Shown here: piece by piece, positions 16,988-28,571 of the stretch
Layout of the letters: each line of letters begins with the position of its first letter
How positions within the stretch are numbered: position 1 is the first letter of the stretch
Source: Acidobacteriota bacterium
GTDB taxonomy: Bacteria > Acidobacteriota > UBA4820 > DSQY01
Assembly (NCBI GenBank): GCA_046704825.1
Contig: JBJKRE010000253.1
Coordinates: forward strand, 1 to 53,992
Direction of reading: 5' to 3'
DNA: 53,992 nt
Made by a program: the position numbers and the translations under genes
The notes under the pieces: model-generated
Database searches by the model: none
Told to the model about the DNA's origin: nothing
The model's input: only the letters and a program-made list of their open reading frames with translations

Positions 16988-18652
16988 ATGGATAGACACC
17001 CCGTTATGGGCGAGCTGCTGCTGATGGAGGGGCTGCTGACGAAGGAGCAGCTGTCCGCAGCCCTTGAGGCCCAGCGCCACGACGGGGGCCGTCTGGGGTA
17101 CCACCTCATCCGGCTGGGCTTCGTCAACGTCCAGCGGCTCAGCCAGTTCCTCCGCGAGTCCATGGGCCTCATCCCCTACGACCTGGCCCAGTGGATCAGC
17201 GACCCGACGGTCACCGAGGTCCTGCCGGCCAACATCGCCCAGTTCTACCAGGTCGTCCCCGTGGAGAAGAAGGGCAACACACTGACCGTGGCCATCGCGG
17301 ACCTGGACAACCCCAGCCTCGTGCCCGCGCTCGAAGAGCTCACAGGGCTGACCATAGACCCGCTCGTCTGTCCGCGGGAAACGGTCATCCGTGCGCTCGA
17401 ACACTTCTACGGCGTATCCAAGGACCCGGGCGTCGTGCGCAACCTCTCGGGCGATCACCTGTTCGTCCTGAAATCCTCCCCCAAACGCATCCGGCCGCTC
17501 CACTGGTCCACCCTGAAGCCCGATTCCTCGGCCACGGACTGGCTCAGGACCTCGCTGGCGGAGGCCATCCGGTCGGGCTGCCGCACGGTCTACATCAAGC
17601 CCGGAGAAACCAGCCTCAAGATCGCCTTCAAGCATGCCGAACGGGTAGAGGACCGCTTCGCCCTCCACCCGAAGAAGCGGGAAGAGATGGACGCCCTGCT
17701 GCGGGAGCTGGCCCGCATCCGCGACACGAGCCACGGCGCCCGGCTCGAGGGCAGGGTCCGTCTGCAGGTGGACTCTCGCTTCCTGACCGTGCACGTCAAG
17801 GGACTGGCCACGCTGCAGGGGACGCGTTACACGCTGACCCTCTACGACGAGCGCTACTTCCTGCGCGACTGGAAAAAGCTCTCCGAACAGCTGGACGATG
17901 TGGAGAGGTCGAGTCTGGAAGAGATCCTGCGCGGCGGCTCCGGCCTGATCCTCCTGTGCGGCGCCCCCAGCAGCGGGCTCAACCAGGTGTTCTACGCGCT
18001 GATGGCCCGCCTCAAGGACACCCTCCAGCCGGCCGTTTCGCTCGAAGAGTACTCGCTGCTCTCCCTGGACGGCATCGCGCAGATGGAGGTCTCTCGACAG
18101 GAAGGGGCCACCTGGCCCGAGCTCATGGCCATGGCGCTCAAGCAGGAACCCAGGCTCTTCGCCTGCTTCCCCGTCAGGGAGCGTGCCTCCATGGAACTGG
18201 CCTTTCTCGCGGCGGCGCACACACGCGTGCTCGGCGTGCTGCACCAGCCCGGTGCCGCCGCCGCGCTCAGGTGGCTGTACCGCAACCAGTTCCGCTCTCC
18301 CATGCGGGCGGGGGTTCTCAAGGGGATTCTGACCGTGGCGTCCGTCCCTCAGCTCTGCCCCGAATGCCGCCTGCCGGTCGACGTAACGGGACGGGAGGGC
18401 CATGCCTACCCGCTCTACACCCGGCAGGGCTGCGAGCAGTGTCTGACCTGGGAAAGCCTGCCCACGGAAGAAATCCTCGAGTGGCACCCCGTAGACGCCT
18501 CCCTGCAGAGCGCCCTGGAGAAGGAGCTGACCCCCGAGGACGTACGGCAGCACCTGATGAGCCAGGGCGGAGTGCCTATAGAAGAGCGCGTCCTGCAGCG
18601 GTGCCGGGACGGCAAGGTGGACGGCCAGGAGGCCCGGACCTACCTCCCGTGA
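16988..18652 (+). CDS. GspE/PilB/MshE-like protein with MshEN-type N-domain and degenerate ATPase motifs
   Basis: The N-terminal T2SSE_N pattern is repeated. The ATPase core is alignable to GspE, but Walker A is GAPSSGLN (17960-17983) instead of GPTGSGKT, and GEIRD is replaced by FPVRE. The C-terminal tetracysteine pattern (CPECRLP ... GCEQC) is retained. Confidence 0.75.
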   Translation: MDRHPVMGELLLMEGLLTKEQLSAALEAQRHDGGRLGYHLIRLGFVNVQRLSQFLRESMGLIPYDLAQWISDPTVTEVLPANIAQFYQVVPVEKKGNTLTVAIADLDNPSLVPALEELTGLTIDPLVCPRETVIRALEHFYGVSKDPGVVRNLSGDHLFVLKSSPKRIRPLHWSTLKPDSSATDWLRTSLAEAIRSGCRTVYIKPGETSLKIAFKHAERVEDRFALHPKKREEMDALLRELARIRDTSHGARLEGRVRLQVDSRFLTVHVKGLATLQGTRYTLTLYDERYFLRDWKKLSEQLDDVERSSLEEILRGGSGLILLCGAPSSGLNQVFYALMARLKDTLQPAVSLEEYSLLSLDGIAQMEVSRQEGATWPELMAMALKQEPRLFACFPVRERASMELAFLAAAHTRVLGVLHQPGAAAALRWLYRNQFRSPMRAGVLKGILTVASVPQLCPECRLPVDVTGREGHAYPLYTRQGCEQCLTWESLPTEEILEWHPVDASLQSALEKELTPEDVRQHLMSQGGVPIEERVLQRCRDGKVDGQEARTYLP

Positions 18653-18667
18653 CCCCCCTGAACACAC

Positions 18668-18697
18668 TTGACAGCCTTTGAAAAAAGGCATTATAGT
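18668..18697 (+). promoter_or_regulatory. Sigma70-type promoter of the HU gene
   Basis: TTGACA (18668-18673), 18-nt spacer, TATAGT (18692-18697), 26 nt before the ATG. The spacer contains GCCTTTgaaaAAAGGC, which could also act as a weak terminator for the upstream gene. Confidence 0.55.
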
Positions 18698-18723
18698 TCA
18701 GCGTAAACCAGGGAGGATGGAGA

Positions 18724-19017
18724 ATGACCAAGACGGAATTGATAAGGAAACTTGCGGACGTTACCGGTCTCCCCCAGAAAGATGTCCGCGCCGTTCTGGA
18801 GGCGCTTACGGACTCTAAACCTGGTAGAGGCATTATAACGACCAGTTTGAAGCAGGGACAGAAAGTCATCATTTCCGGATTCGGAACTTTTTATGTGAGA
18901 GAGCGCAAATCGCGTCAGGCCAGGAACCCAAAAACAGGCGGCAAGGTCAAGGTACCCAAACGCCAGTACCCGGCCTTCAAACCCTCCAAGACCCTCAAGG
19001 ACTCGCTCAAGGGCTGA
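18724..19017 (+). CDS. hup: HU/IHF-family nucleoid-associated DNA-binding protein
   Basis: MTKTELIRKLADVTGLPQKDVRAVLEAL ... GFGTFYVRERKSRQARNPKTGGKVKVPKRQYPAFKPSKTLK is the canonical HU beta-arm signature. Confidence 0.93.
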   Translation: MTKTELIRKLADVTGLPQKDVRAVLEALTDSKPGRGIITTSLKQGQKVIISGFGTFYVRERKSRQARNPKTGGKVKVPKRQYPAFKPSKTLKDSLKG

Positions 19018-19042
19018 CGTGTTTTTTGACACCGGTCGCGAA

Positions 19043-19068
19043 GGGCGGGGCAATTGCCCCGCCCTTTT
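19043..19068 (+). terminator. Rho-independent terminator after hup
   Basis: GGGCGGGGC-AATT-GCCCCGCCC-TTTT: a perfect 9-bp stem followed by a T-run. Confidence 0.85.
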
Positions 19069-19248
19069 CGCGTAGCCCATGCCGTCAACGCCCCTCATCC
19101 CCGGCGCCGCATCCCCTCGGCTCATCCGAGCTTTCGCCAGCCTTCCGAGAGACACCACGGGAGGTGCCGCCCCAGCCCGGACAGCCCTCGCGCACTCTTT
19201 GCGCTGGGGCATTTGGCTCTGCTATACTCAAGGTCCTAGGAGCCCGAT

Positions 19249-20913
19249 ATGACAGTATTGAAGACCTCGATCACAGACAGCGTCAGGAAGAGCCTGGAGT
19301 TCAAACGAAACAGGGACAACCTCAAGAGCATGGTTCGCCAGACCGCTGACCACGCCGAGATCCTGAGGAAGGGCGGGGGTGAGAAGGCCGTACAGAAGCA
19401 GCACGCCAAGGGCCGGCTCACGGCCAGGGAGCGTCTTAAGGGCATCCTGGACGAAAATGCCCCGTTTCACGAACTGGGCATCTTCGCCGCCTTCGGCATG
19501 TACGAAGAGTGGGGCGGCGCGCCAGCCGGCGGAGTCATCACGGGCACGGGCTCCATCTGCGGCAGGCTCTTCATGGTCATAGCCAACGACGCGACGGTCA
19601 AGGCGGGCGCCTTTTTCCCCATCACCGCCAAGAAGGTCATCCGGGCCCAGACCATCGCTCTGGAAAACCGCATACCCGTGTTGTACCTGGTGGACAGCGC
19701 CGGCGTCTTCCTGCCCCTCCAGGACGAGATCTTCCCGGACCAGGACGACTTCGGCCGGGTCTTCTACCTGAACGCGCGGCTTTCTGCGCTGGGCGTCCCC
19801 CAGATCGCCGCCATCATGGGGTCCTGCGTGGCTGGGGGCGCATACCTGCCCGTCATGTGCGACAAGCTTCTCATGACGGACGGGTCCGGTCTCTACCTGG
19901 CTGGCCCGGCCCTCGTCAAGGCCGCCATCGGCCAGACCATATCATCTGAAGACCTGGGCGGAGCGGGTGTCCACGCCTCCATCTCGGGCACGGTGGACTA
20001 CCACGAGAAGGACGACCAGGCCTGCATGGCGAGGATCCGGGAAATCGTGTCGCACATGGGCGCGCGCGATGCGACGCCCTTCTCGCACGAGGAGCCGGCA
20101 GAGCCCCTCTACCCCGTGGATGACGTCTACGGGATCTTCCCCGACAGCCCCCTGGGACAGTACGACGTCAGGGAGATCATCGCCCGCATCGCCGACGGCA
20201 GCGAGTTCACCGAGTACAGGCCCGAGTACGGACGCACGATCGTGTGCGGGAACGCCAGGATCGGCGGGTGGTCTGTGGGCATCGTAGCCAACCAGAAGGT
20301 CCACGTACGCGAAAAGGGCAAGCCCCTCGAAATCGGCGGCGTCATCTACGTGGAGAGCGCCAACAAGGCGGCCCGGTTCATCATGGACTGCCACCAGCAG
20401 CGCGTCCCCATCATTTTCATGCACGACGTGAACGGGTTCATGGTCGGCAAGGATTCCGAGTACGCCGGGATCATCCGGGCGGGCGCCAAGATGGTCAACG
20501 CCGTATCCAACGTCGAGGTGCCCAAGATCACGGTCATCCTCGGGGGCTCTTACGGCGCCGGGCACTACGCCATGTGCGGCAAGGCCTACGCGCCCCGGTT
20601 CCTCTTCGCCTGGCCCAGCGCCAAGTATTCGGTCATGGGCGGGGACCAGGCCGCCAACACGCTGCTGGATATCCGCCTGGCCCAGCTCAAGAAGTCGGGC
20701 AAAACGATCACGGACGAGGAGAAGCAGGCCGCGCTCGAAGAGATCCGCTCGCGGTACACGACCGCCCTCGACCCCAAGTACGGCGCAGCTCGGCTCTGGA
20801 TCGACGCCATCATCGATCCGGCGGAGACGCGGGCCTACCTGATCCGGGCCCTGGACTCGGCCGCTCACAATCCCGAAATCCCGCCGCTCAAAGTCGGCGT
20901 GTTCCAGACGTGA
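19249..20913 (+). CDS. Acyl-CoA carboxyltransferase (methylcrotonyl-CoA carboxylase beta / GcdA-like carboxyl transferase family)
   Basis: GGGEKAVQKQHAKGRLTARERL, GVITGTGSICGRLFMVIANDATVKAGAFFPITAKK, YLVDSAGVFLPLQDEIFPDQDDFGRVFY, IMGSCVAGGAYLP. Close to the MccB pattern as I recall it. Confidence 0.85.
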   Translation: MTVLKTSITDSVRKSLEFKRNRDNLKSMVRQTADHAEILRKGGGEKAVQKQHAKGRLTARERLKGILDENAPFHELGIFAAFGMYEEWGGAPAGGVITGTGSICGRLFMVIANDATVKAGAFFPITAKKVIRAQTIALENRIPVLYLVDSAGVFLPLQDEIFPDQDDFGRVFYLNARLSALGVPQIAAIMGSCVAGGAYLPVMCDKLLMTDGSGLYLAGPALVKAAIGQTISSEDLGGAGVHASISGTVDYHEKDDQACMARIREIVSHMGARDATPFSHEEPAEPLYPVDDVYGIFPDSPLGQYDVREIIARIADGSEFTEYRPEYGRTIVCGNARIGGWSVGIVANQKVHVREKGKPLEIGGVIYVESANKAARFIMDCHQQRVPIIFMHDVNGFMVGKDSEYAGIIRAGAKMVNAVSNVEVPKITVILGGSYGAGHYAMCGKAYAPRFLFAWPSAKYSVMGGDQAANTLLDIRLAQLKKSGKTITDEEKQAALEEIRSRYTTALDPKYGAARLWIDAIIDPAETRAYLIRALDSAAHNPEIPPLKVGVFQT

Positions 20914-20933
20914 AAGGGCGCAGGGGAGGCGAC

Positions 20934-21710
20934 ATGGCGGATCCGGTTCTTCTCTCGTTCCCAAGTCGGCCGGTGGCGGTGGTGACGCTCAACCGCCCGG
21001 ACGTCCGCAACGCCCTCAACACGGAACTGGTGGAGGGCCTCAGCGAGGCCCTTGAAGGCCTGCGCACGACGTCCGAGGTCCGGTGTGTCGTCATCACCGG
21101 CAGCGGGAGCGCCTTCTGCGCGGGCGCCGACCTCGCCTCGCTCAAGGCCCTTCAGACGGCCTCCCTGGCGGACAACGAGAAAGACTGCCGAAGACTCATG
21201 GACTTCTACCGCCGGCTCGCCACCTTCCCCATGCCCGTGATCGGAGCCGTCAACGGCCCCGCCCTGGCGGGGGGCTGCGGCCTGGCCTCCCTGTGCGACG
21301 TACTCGTGGCCTCGCCCTCGGCGAAGTTCGGCTACCCGGAGGTCCGCATCGGGTTCGTGGCGGCCATGGTCCTGGTCTTCCTCGCGCGGCAACTCGGCGA
21401 GCGGCTCGCGAGGGAACTGCTCCTCACCGGCCGGTTGGTGGACGCCGAAGAGGCTCGCGGGATGGGGCTCGTAAACCGTGTCGTCCCCGCCGAGTCCCTG
21501 ATCGAAGACGCGGCCGGACTCGCGGAGCAGATAGCCTCGAGCGCACCGGCCTCCCTGTCTCTCACCAAGGAACTCCTCTGGCACACCTCGGGCATGCCCG
21601 TGGAGCAGGCCCTTGAGACGGCGGCCCGCGTCAACGTCTTCGCGCGGCAGAACCCCGAAATGCACGAAGGCCTGGCGGCCTTTCTCGAAAAGAGGAAACC
21701 CAAGTGGTGA
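20934..21710 (+). CDS. Enoyl-CoA hydratase/isomerase (crotonase) family, methylglutaconyl-CoA hydratase-like
   Basis: ATG at 20934. VAVVTLNRPDVRNALN, VVITGSGSAFCAGADL, GAVNGPALAGGCGLA, FGYPEVRIG. Confidence 0.88.
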   Translation: MADPVLLSFPSRPVAVVTLNRPDVRNALNTELVEGLSEALEGLRTTSEVRCVVITGSGSAFCAGADLASLKALQTASLADNEKDCRRLMDFYRRLATFPMPVIGAVNGPALAGGCGLASLCDVLVASPSAKFGYPEVRIGFVAAMVLVFLARQLGERLARELLLTGRLVDAEEARGMGLVNRVVPAESLIEDAAGLAEQIASSAPASLSLTKELLWHTSGMPVEQALETAARVNVFARQNPEMHEGLAAFLEKRKPKW

Positions 21711-24000
21711 AGTCCACCGCCCAGCAGGCCAACCTGTCCCGCCACCAGCTCTTCATCCGCTGGCTCGACGGCGTACGGGCGGACTGGCTCTCCGAGTGGG
21801 TCGAGGCCATCCGGACCGAAATCCCGGCATACTCGGGCATGGAGCCGGAGGAGATCCTCGTGCCCGTGGAGCGCCACGCCGAAGCCCTGAGGCACTACTG
21901 GGACATGGGGCTTCAGAACCTCCTCTTCGACTTCTACCAGGACCTCGCGCGCAAGCGGTTGGCCGAAGACGTCAGGCTGGCCGACGTGGCACGGGCCGTG
22001 GCCGTGGGCGAGAGGCTCCTCCTGGAGCGCCTCGAGGCTTCGGGCCTGACCGGCAGGGAAGGGTACCAGGAACTCATCGTGGACACCTTCCGCGACGGGT
22101 CCTATCTGCTTCTCGAATGCTACCAGACGGCCACGGAGGAGATGGCAAGCGAGGCGCGGGCCCGCATCGAGGCCACGCGCGCCGACGCCAAGAAGACCCT
22201 GGAGCAGTGGGGCCTCCTCAACCAGATCCTCTCAGGCATGGACGTGGGGATCGTACTCTACGACGAGGCCCTGAACGTGGTCTGGCTGAACCAGAACGTA
22301 CCGCGGGAACTGCTGCGCGTGCGGCCCGAACTGGCCGTCGGGCGCAACTGCCACGAGGTCCTCACCCACGAGGAGGCCGAATGCTCCCGGTGCGCCGTCT
22401 GCCACGTGCTCGAAGGCGCCACGCCCATGCGCCAGCTCGTGCAGACGGGCAAAGGAAAGGGGGCCAGGGACTACCTCAAGATAACGCGCCCCATCTCGGG
22501 GGGAAACCTCGAAGGGCCGCACGCCATGGAGATCTACCTGGACATCACGGCCCAGCTCGAGGCGCAGAGGTCCCTCGCCCGCACGCAGGAGTTCGTCCGC
22601 AACATCCTGAACTCGTCCGTGAGCGGCATCATCTCCACGGACATGAAGGGGCGGGTCACGCTCTTCAACCGGACGGCGGAGAACATCTTCGGGTACACCG
22701 AGGACGAGATGCTGGGCCGGCGGGTCGCGGACTTCTACGAGCGGGGCGTCCACGAGGCCAGAAGCGTGATGCGACGCCTGCTGAGCGAGGAGGTCATCAC
22801 CGACTACACGACCAGCTTCCAGGGCAAATCGGGCGACTACATCCCCCTGAAGGTCACCTTCTCGCTCCTCCACGACGAGGAAGGCACGCTGCTCGGGACC
22901 ATGTGCTTCTGCCAGGATATGCGGGCGGAAGAGGCCCTCAAGAAGGAGGTCGCCGACAAGGACCAGTACCTGCTCTCCATCCTCCAGGCCTCCATGGACG
23001 GGCTCGTGACGCTGGACGCCGGAGGCAGGATCGCATCCTGGAACCGGGGCGCCGGCGTGCTCTTCGGCGTAGAGGCCCCGTTCGCACTGGGTCGTTCCAT
23101 CGACGAATTCCTGCCGCCCACCGCCATCCGGGACATGCCCTCGTCGTCCGCGGTCCGGCCGGACGGCACCCAGCACTTCGAGGCCAGGATCCCCCGGGGA
23201 TGCGACAACTACACGGACCTCCTGGTCACGCGGACGGCCATCCGGGAAGCGGCGGGGCGGGAGGCCGGGGCCTCCCTCGTGCTCAAGGACGTGACCGAGC
23301 TCAAGAACCTCCAGAACGAACTGGCCCAGGCCGAGCACCTGGCCGAACTGGGGCGCCTCGCCGCGAGCGTTGCGCACGAGATCAAGAACCCCATCGCGGG
23401 TCTGCGGGGCGCCATGGAGGTGATGGCCGACCAGCACCAGCTCGACAATCCCAGGTTCTCGATCTTCCACGAGGGCCTGACGCAAATCCGGCGTCTGGAC
23501 GGCCTCGTGAAGGACCTCCTCTCCTTCGCGCGGCCGTTCGACGTGAGGATCGAACCCATTCCCCTGCACCTGGTCGTGGAGGCCTGCATCCCGCTTGTCC
23601 AGCGGACGGCCGAGGAGGCGGAAGTCGATATCCGGCAGGACGTGCCGGAGGACCTCCCCCTGGCCCTGGCGGACCCCCAGCGTTTCCAGCAGGTGCTCGT
23701 CAACCTGATCCAGAACGGCGTCCAGTCCACGCCACCGGGGGGCGAGGTCTCCATTTCGGCCTTCCGGTGCGAGGACGAACTGGCGCTGGAGATCAGGGAC
23801 ACGGGACAGGGCATTCGACCCGAGGATCTCTCACACATATTCAAGCCCTTCTTCACGACCAAACACATCGGGACGGGGCTCGGGCTGTCCATCGTGCAGA
23901 GGATCGTCAACGCTCACGGTGGCCGTATCGAAGTGGATTCCAAGGTGGGCGAGGGGGCGGTCTTCACGGTGTACCTCCCCTACGAGTCCGGGAGTGAGTG

Positions 24001-24001
<1 letters not shown>
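21704..24001 (+). CDS. Multi-PAS sensor histidine kinase (NtrB/AtoS-like), soluble
   Basis: GTG start overlaps the hydratase stop. Contains a Cys-rich stretch (CHEVLTHEEAECSRCAVCHVLEG). H-box AHEIKNPIAGLRG. DTGQGI and GTGLGLSIVQRIV. Confidence 0.88.
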
Positions 24002-25368
<1,367 letters not shown>

Positions 25369-25412
25369 CCGCCCGGGAGGCGCGACGCCTTTCCTGTTGA
25401 AGACGGGGTCGC

Positions 25413-26048
25413 ATGGACACCATCATCTTCGATCTCGACGGCACGCTGATCGACAGCAGGGCCGACATCCTGGCCGCCTTCCACCACGCGTTCATGGCGC
25501 TGGGTCTGGAGACTCCCCCCGCGCCCAGGCTCCTCAGGACCATCGGCATGCGCCTGGAGGACTGCTTCCTGCCGTTTGTGGAGGGACGCCCGGAGGAAGC
25601 GGACCGGGCCGCCGGATTCTTCAGGGCGTGGTACAAAACGCATTTCCTGGACTCTACGATGCCCTTCCCGGGGGTGGAAGCCATGCTCGGCCGCCTGTCA
25701 GGACGTTACCGCCTGGCCGTCTGCACCATGAAGAAGGCCTTCTTCGCGCGGAAGATCGTGAGGGCCTTCAACTGGGACGGCGTGTTCCGAGAGGTGGTGG
25801 GCTCGGAGGAGGGGTTCCCCCCGAAGCCCGATCCCGCCATGCTCCTGGAAATCTGCCGGCGGATGGACATCCCGCCCGAAGAAGCGGCCTACGTCGGCGA
25901 CACGTCGACGGACGGCACGACGGCTTACGCCGCGGGCATGCCCTTCTATTTCGCCGGGTACGGGTACGGAGAGCTCGACGGACCGTGCGGGGCGAAGCCC
26001 CGGAGCGTGCTGAAGACCCCGGCGGAGCTGGCTGAACTGCTGGCCTGA
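25413..26048 (+). CDS. HAD-superfamily hydrolase (phosphoglycolate phosphatase-like)
   Basis: IIFDLDGTLIDS (DxDGT), CTMK, YVGDTSTDGTTAYAAG. Confidence 0.85.
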   Translation: MDTIIFDLDGTLIDSRADILAAFHHAFMALGLETPPAPRLLRTIGMRLEDCFLPFVEGRPEEADRAAGFFRAWYKTHFLDSTMPFPGVEAMLGRLSGRYRLAVCTMKKAFFARKIVRAFNWDGVFREVVGSEEGFPPKPDPAMLLEICRRMDIPPEEAAYVGDTSTDGTTAYAAGMPFYFAGYGYGELDGPCGAKPRSVLKTPAELAELLA

Positions 26049-26072
26049 TCGCACCCGGCCGGGACCGGCGGA

Positions 26073-28418
26073 TCATTCCCGGGGAAGCCGCCTGAGGCGG
26101 ATCCTGAAGGTCGCACCCGGACCGGCTGGATTGTTTTCGCCGGTCAGCAACCCGCCGTGAGCCTCGACGAAGTGGCGGGCAAGCGCCAGACCGAGCCCTC
26201 TCCGGCCCTTGTGGCTGGTTACGAAGGGTTCGAACAGGCGGCCTTCCATCTTCGGCTCGATGCCCGTTCCCGCGTCCACGACCTCGATGGTCACGGTCCC
26301 GTCCTCCACTGCGAAGTCCACGCGCACGTCCTTGTCCGGCCCAGAGCTCTGGAGCGCGTTGAGGACGACGTGGAACAACGCCTGACTGATCTGCTCCGGG
26401 ATGCCCGCCACCTGAACGTCGTCCGCAAACGGGGCCAGAACGAGCCTCCTGCCGGCCCCCGGGTCCTCCCGCTCGACGGCTTCGATCGCGGCGGAGACGA
26501 TTTCGCCCACCCGTCCGTCGCCCTGGCCCGGACGCCTCGAGAGCTCGATGATGTCCCGCATGAGGCCGTCCAGGCGCTTGACGTGCGTCTGGATGTTCGC
26601 CAGGAATTCGGAGGCCCGGCCGCTCGTGCACGCCTCGCGCCCCAGGGCCGCGGCGTTGACACGCAGCGCGAAGAGTGGGTTCCGCACCTCGTGGGCGATG
26701 CCCTGGGCAAGGACGCCGATGGTCTCCATGGTCCGGGCGCGCTGGAGGCCCGCTTCCAGGCGCCTCCGTCTCATTTCTTCCAGCTTTCGTTCCGTCACGT
26801 CCCGGATGATCCCCCTGAACCCCGAGGCCCGCCCGTCCTCGTCCCTGATGAGCGATACGGAGGTTTCCACGTGCCGGGTTTCTCCGGACTTTCGACGGAT
26901 TTTCCAGTTCAGGACCTTCGACGGCATGCCCGTCCTGTAGACCTTGTTGAACGTCTGAAACACCCTCGAGGCAGCGGCTTCGCTCATGATCTTCCGATAG
27001 CTTTCCCCGATGAGTTCCCGGCGCGGGTACCCGAGCATCCGCCCCAGTCCCTCGTTCATGAACCTGAGCGTGCCCTCCAGGTTCACCTCGAAGTAGCCGT
27101 CCTCGATGGACTCCAGGATACCGCGGTATCGCCTCTCGCTTTCCCTGAGGGCCTTCTGCGCAACCAGGTGCGTGGTCACGTCCCGCGCCACGCCGCGCAC
27201 GATGGCGGGGCGGCCCTCTTCCCGGCGGAGGCTGTTGTTGTAGGCGAGCACGCGTTCCGCGCCGTCTTTCGCAAGAACTCGCATGAGCCCGTGAACCCGT
27301 CCCCGCGCCCGGATGTCGTCGATGTAGGCCGGAAAGAGGTCTTTTCCCGCGGGCGGGAGGAAGGACCGGAGGTTCCTGCCCACCAGTTCGGAGGCGTCCG
27401 AATAACCGAGGCACCCCAGTGCGAACGCGTTCACGCTGATGATGGTTCCCGACATGTCGTGCGTGATCATGAAGATCTCGGCGTTCTCCACCAGGTCCCG
27501 GTACTTCTCCTCACTCCTGCGGACGGTGCACTCGGCCTCGCGTCGCGCCGTCACGTCCAGCAGGGCGCCGAAGATGACCGGCTCCGGATCGGGCGGCTCG
27601 TTTACCAGACGGGCGTGAATGAGCGCCCAGAGCCTCCGACCGTCCCTTCGCTTCAGCGCGAACTCGAGGCCGGAGACGCGGCCCTCCCGCTGGAGCGTGT
27701 CCAGCAGTTCCAGCCTCGCCTCGGGATCTTCGTAAGATTCCCAGACGTTTGCATTTCGAAGAGCCTCCGGGGATTCCCAGCCCAGGCTCTCGGCGAAGGC
27801 CGCGTTGCAGTCGAGTATCCGCCCTCCGACCGTCGTCTTGTAAACCCCTGCCAGGTTTTCCTCGAAGAGGGTCCGAAAGCGTCGTTCGGACGACCGCAGC
27901 GCCCGCTCGACCTCCAACCGATCGGAGATATCGATGGATATCCCGCCGACGTACCTCACGCTGCCGCTGCTGTCACACACGGGGAACTTGGAGGCCATGA
28001 AATGCCTCACCCCCTGCCTCGTGGCGATGGCCTCATCCCGCCAGGTGAGCGTCCGCTTGCTCAGGACTTCCCTGTCCTGGCGAAGAATCGCTCTGCCCAC
28101 CTCGTCGGGGAATACCTCCGTGACCCTTCGCCCGATAATGTCGGCCCTGGGGAGTCCCGCGTTTCTTTCCCACTCGTCGTTGAGGTAGACGTAACGACCG
28201 TGGGTATCCCTGACGAATGCCACACCGGGCAGGTTGTCGATGAAGGACTGGAAGAGATCGCGTTGTGGTTTATCTCCCGGGTCTCTCACGATGAGGTCTC
28301 CTGGTAGTGGACGGTCCCACCGTTGCCCGAAGCGGGATGGACATGCTGCGCCGCCGTGGCCGTCGGGATCGCCTCCGACTGTGCCTCCGTCCCGCAATGG
28401 TGCAAGAACCGGACCCAT
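26073..28418 (-). CDS. Multi-PAS sensor histidine kinase (orphan, soluble)
   Basis: At least four PAS-like repeats (F..FIDNLPG, FRTLFEENLAGVY, YRDLVENAEIFM, YRGILESIEDGY). H-box AHEVRNPLFAL. GRRGLGLALARHFVEAHGG. Start uncertain: ATG at 28418 or TTG at 28448. Confidence 0.85.
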   Translation of the reverse strand: MGPVLAPLRDGGTVGGDPDGHGGAACPSRFGQRWDRPLPGDLIVRDPGDKPQRDLFQSFIDNLPGVAFVRDTHGRYVYLNDEWERNAGLPRADIIGRRVTEVFPDEVGRAILRQDREVLSKRTLTWRDEAIATRQGVRHFMASKFPVCDSSGSVRYVGGISIDISDRLEVERALRSSERRFRTLFEENLAGVYKTTVGGRILDCNAAFAESLGWESPEALRNANVWESYEDPEARLELLDTLQREGRVSGLEFALKRRDGRRLWALIHARLVNEPPDPEPVIFGALLDVTARREAECTVRRSEEKYRDLVENAEIFMITHDMSGTIISVNAFALGCLGYSDASELVGRNLRSFLPPAGKDLFPAYIDDIRARGRVHGLMRVLAKDGAERVLAYNNSLRREEGRPAIVRGVARDVTTHLVAQKALRESERRYRGILESIEDGYFEVNLEGTLRFMNEGLGRMLGYPRRELIGESYRKIMSEAAASRVFQTFNKVYRTGMPSKVLNWKIRRKSGETRHVETSVSLIRDEDGRASGFRGIIRDVTERKLEEMRRRRLEAGLQRARTMETIGVLAQGIAHEVRNPLFALRVNAAALGREACTSGRASEFLANIQTHVKRLDGLMRDIIELSRRPGQGDGRVGEIVSAAIEAVEREDPGAGRRLVLAPFADDVQVAGIPEQISQALFHVVLNALQSSGPDKDVRVDFAVEDGTVTIEVVDAGTGIEPKMEGRLFEPFVTSHKGRRGLGLALARHFVEAHGGLLTGENNPAGPGATFRIRLRRLPRE

Positions 28419-28571
28419 GCGATCCCGGCCTCGAGTGACCGGCCGCAACTGCTTCAGCCCGTTGACTTGTCAGGGTGCCAACCCTCTCCGGTCGAACGCC
28501 CGGGGGGCCGGACGACGTCGGATCAGTCTCACATGTGAGACTCCGTGGCAATCGGATTCAAGACGTGCGAC

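Noticed and set aside
19196-19229. Sigma54 promoter upstream of the carboxyltransferase gene (GGCATTTGGCTCTGC)
   Set aside because: The GG-to-GC spacing is one nucleotide too long for a -24/-12 element. The region fits a sigma70 layout better (TTGCGC-18-TATACT), but that is itself too weak to list as a feature.
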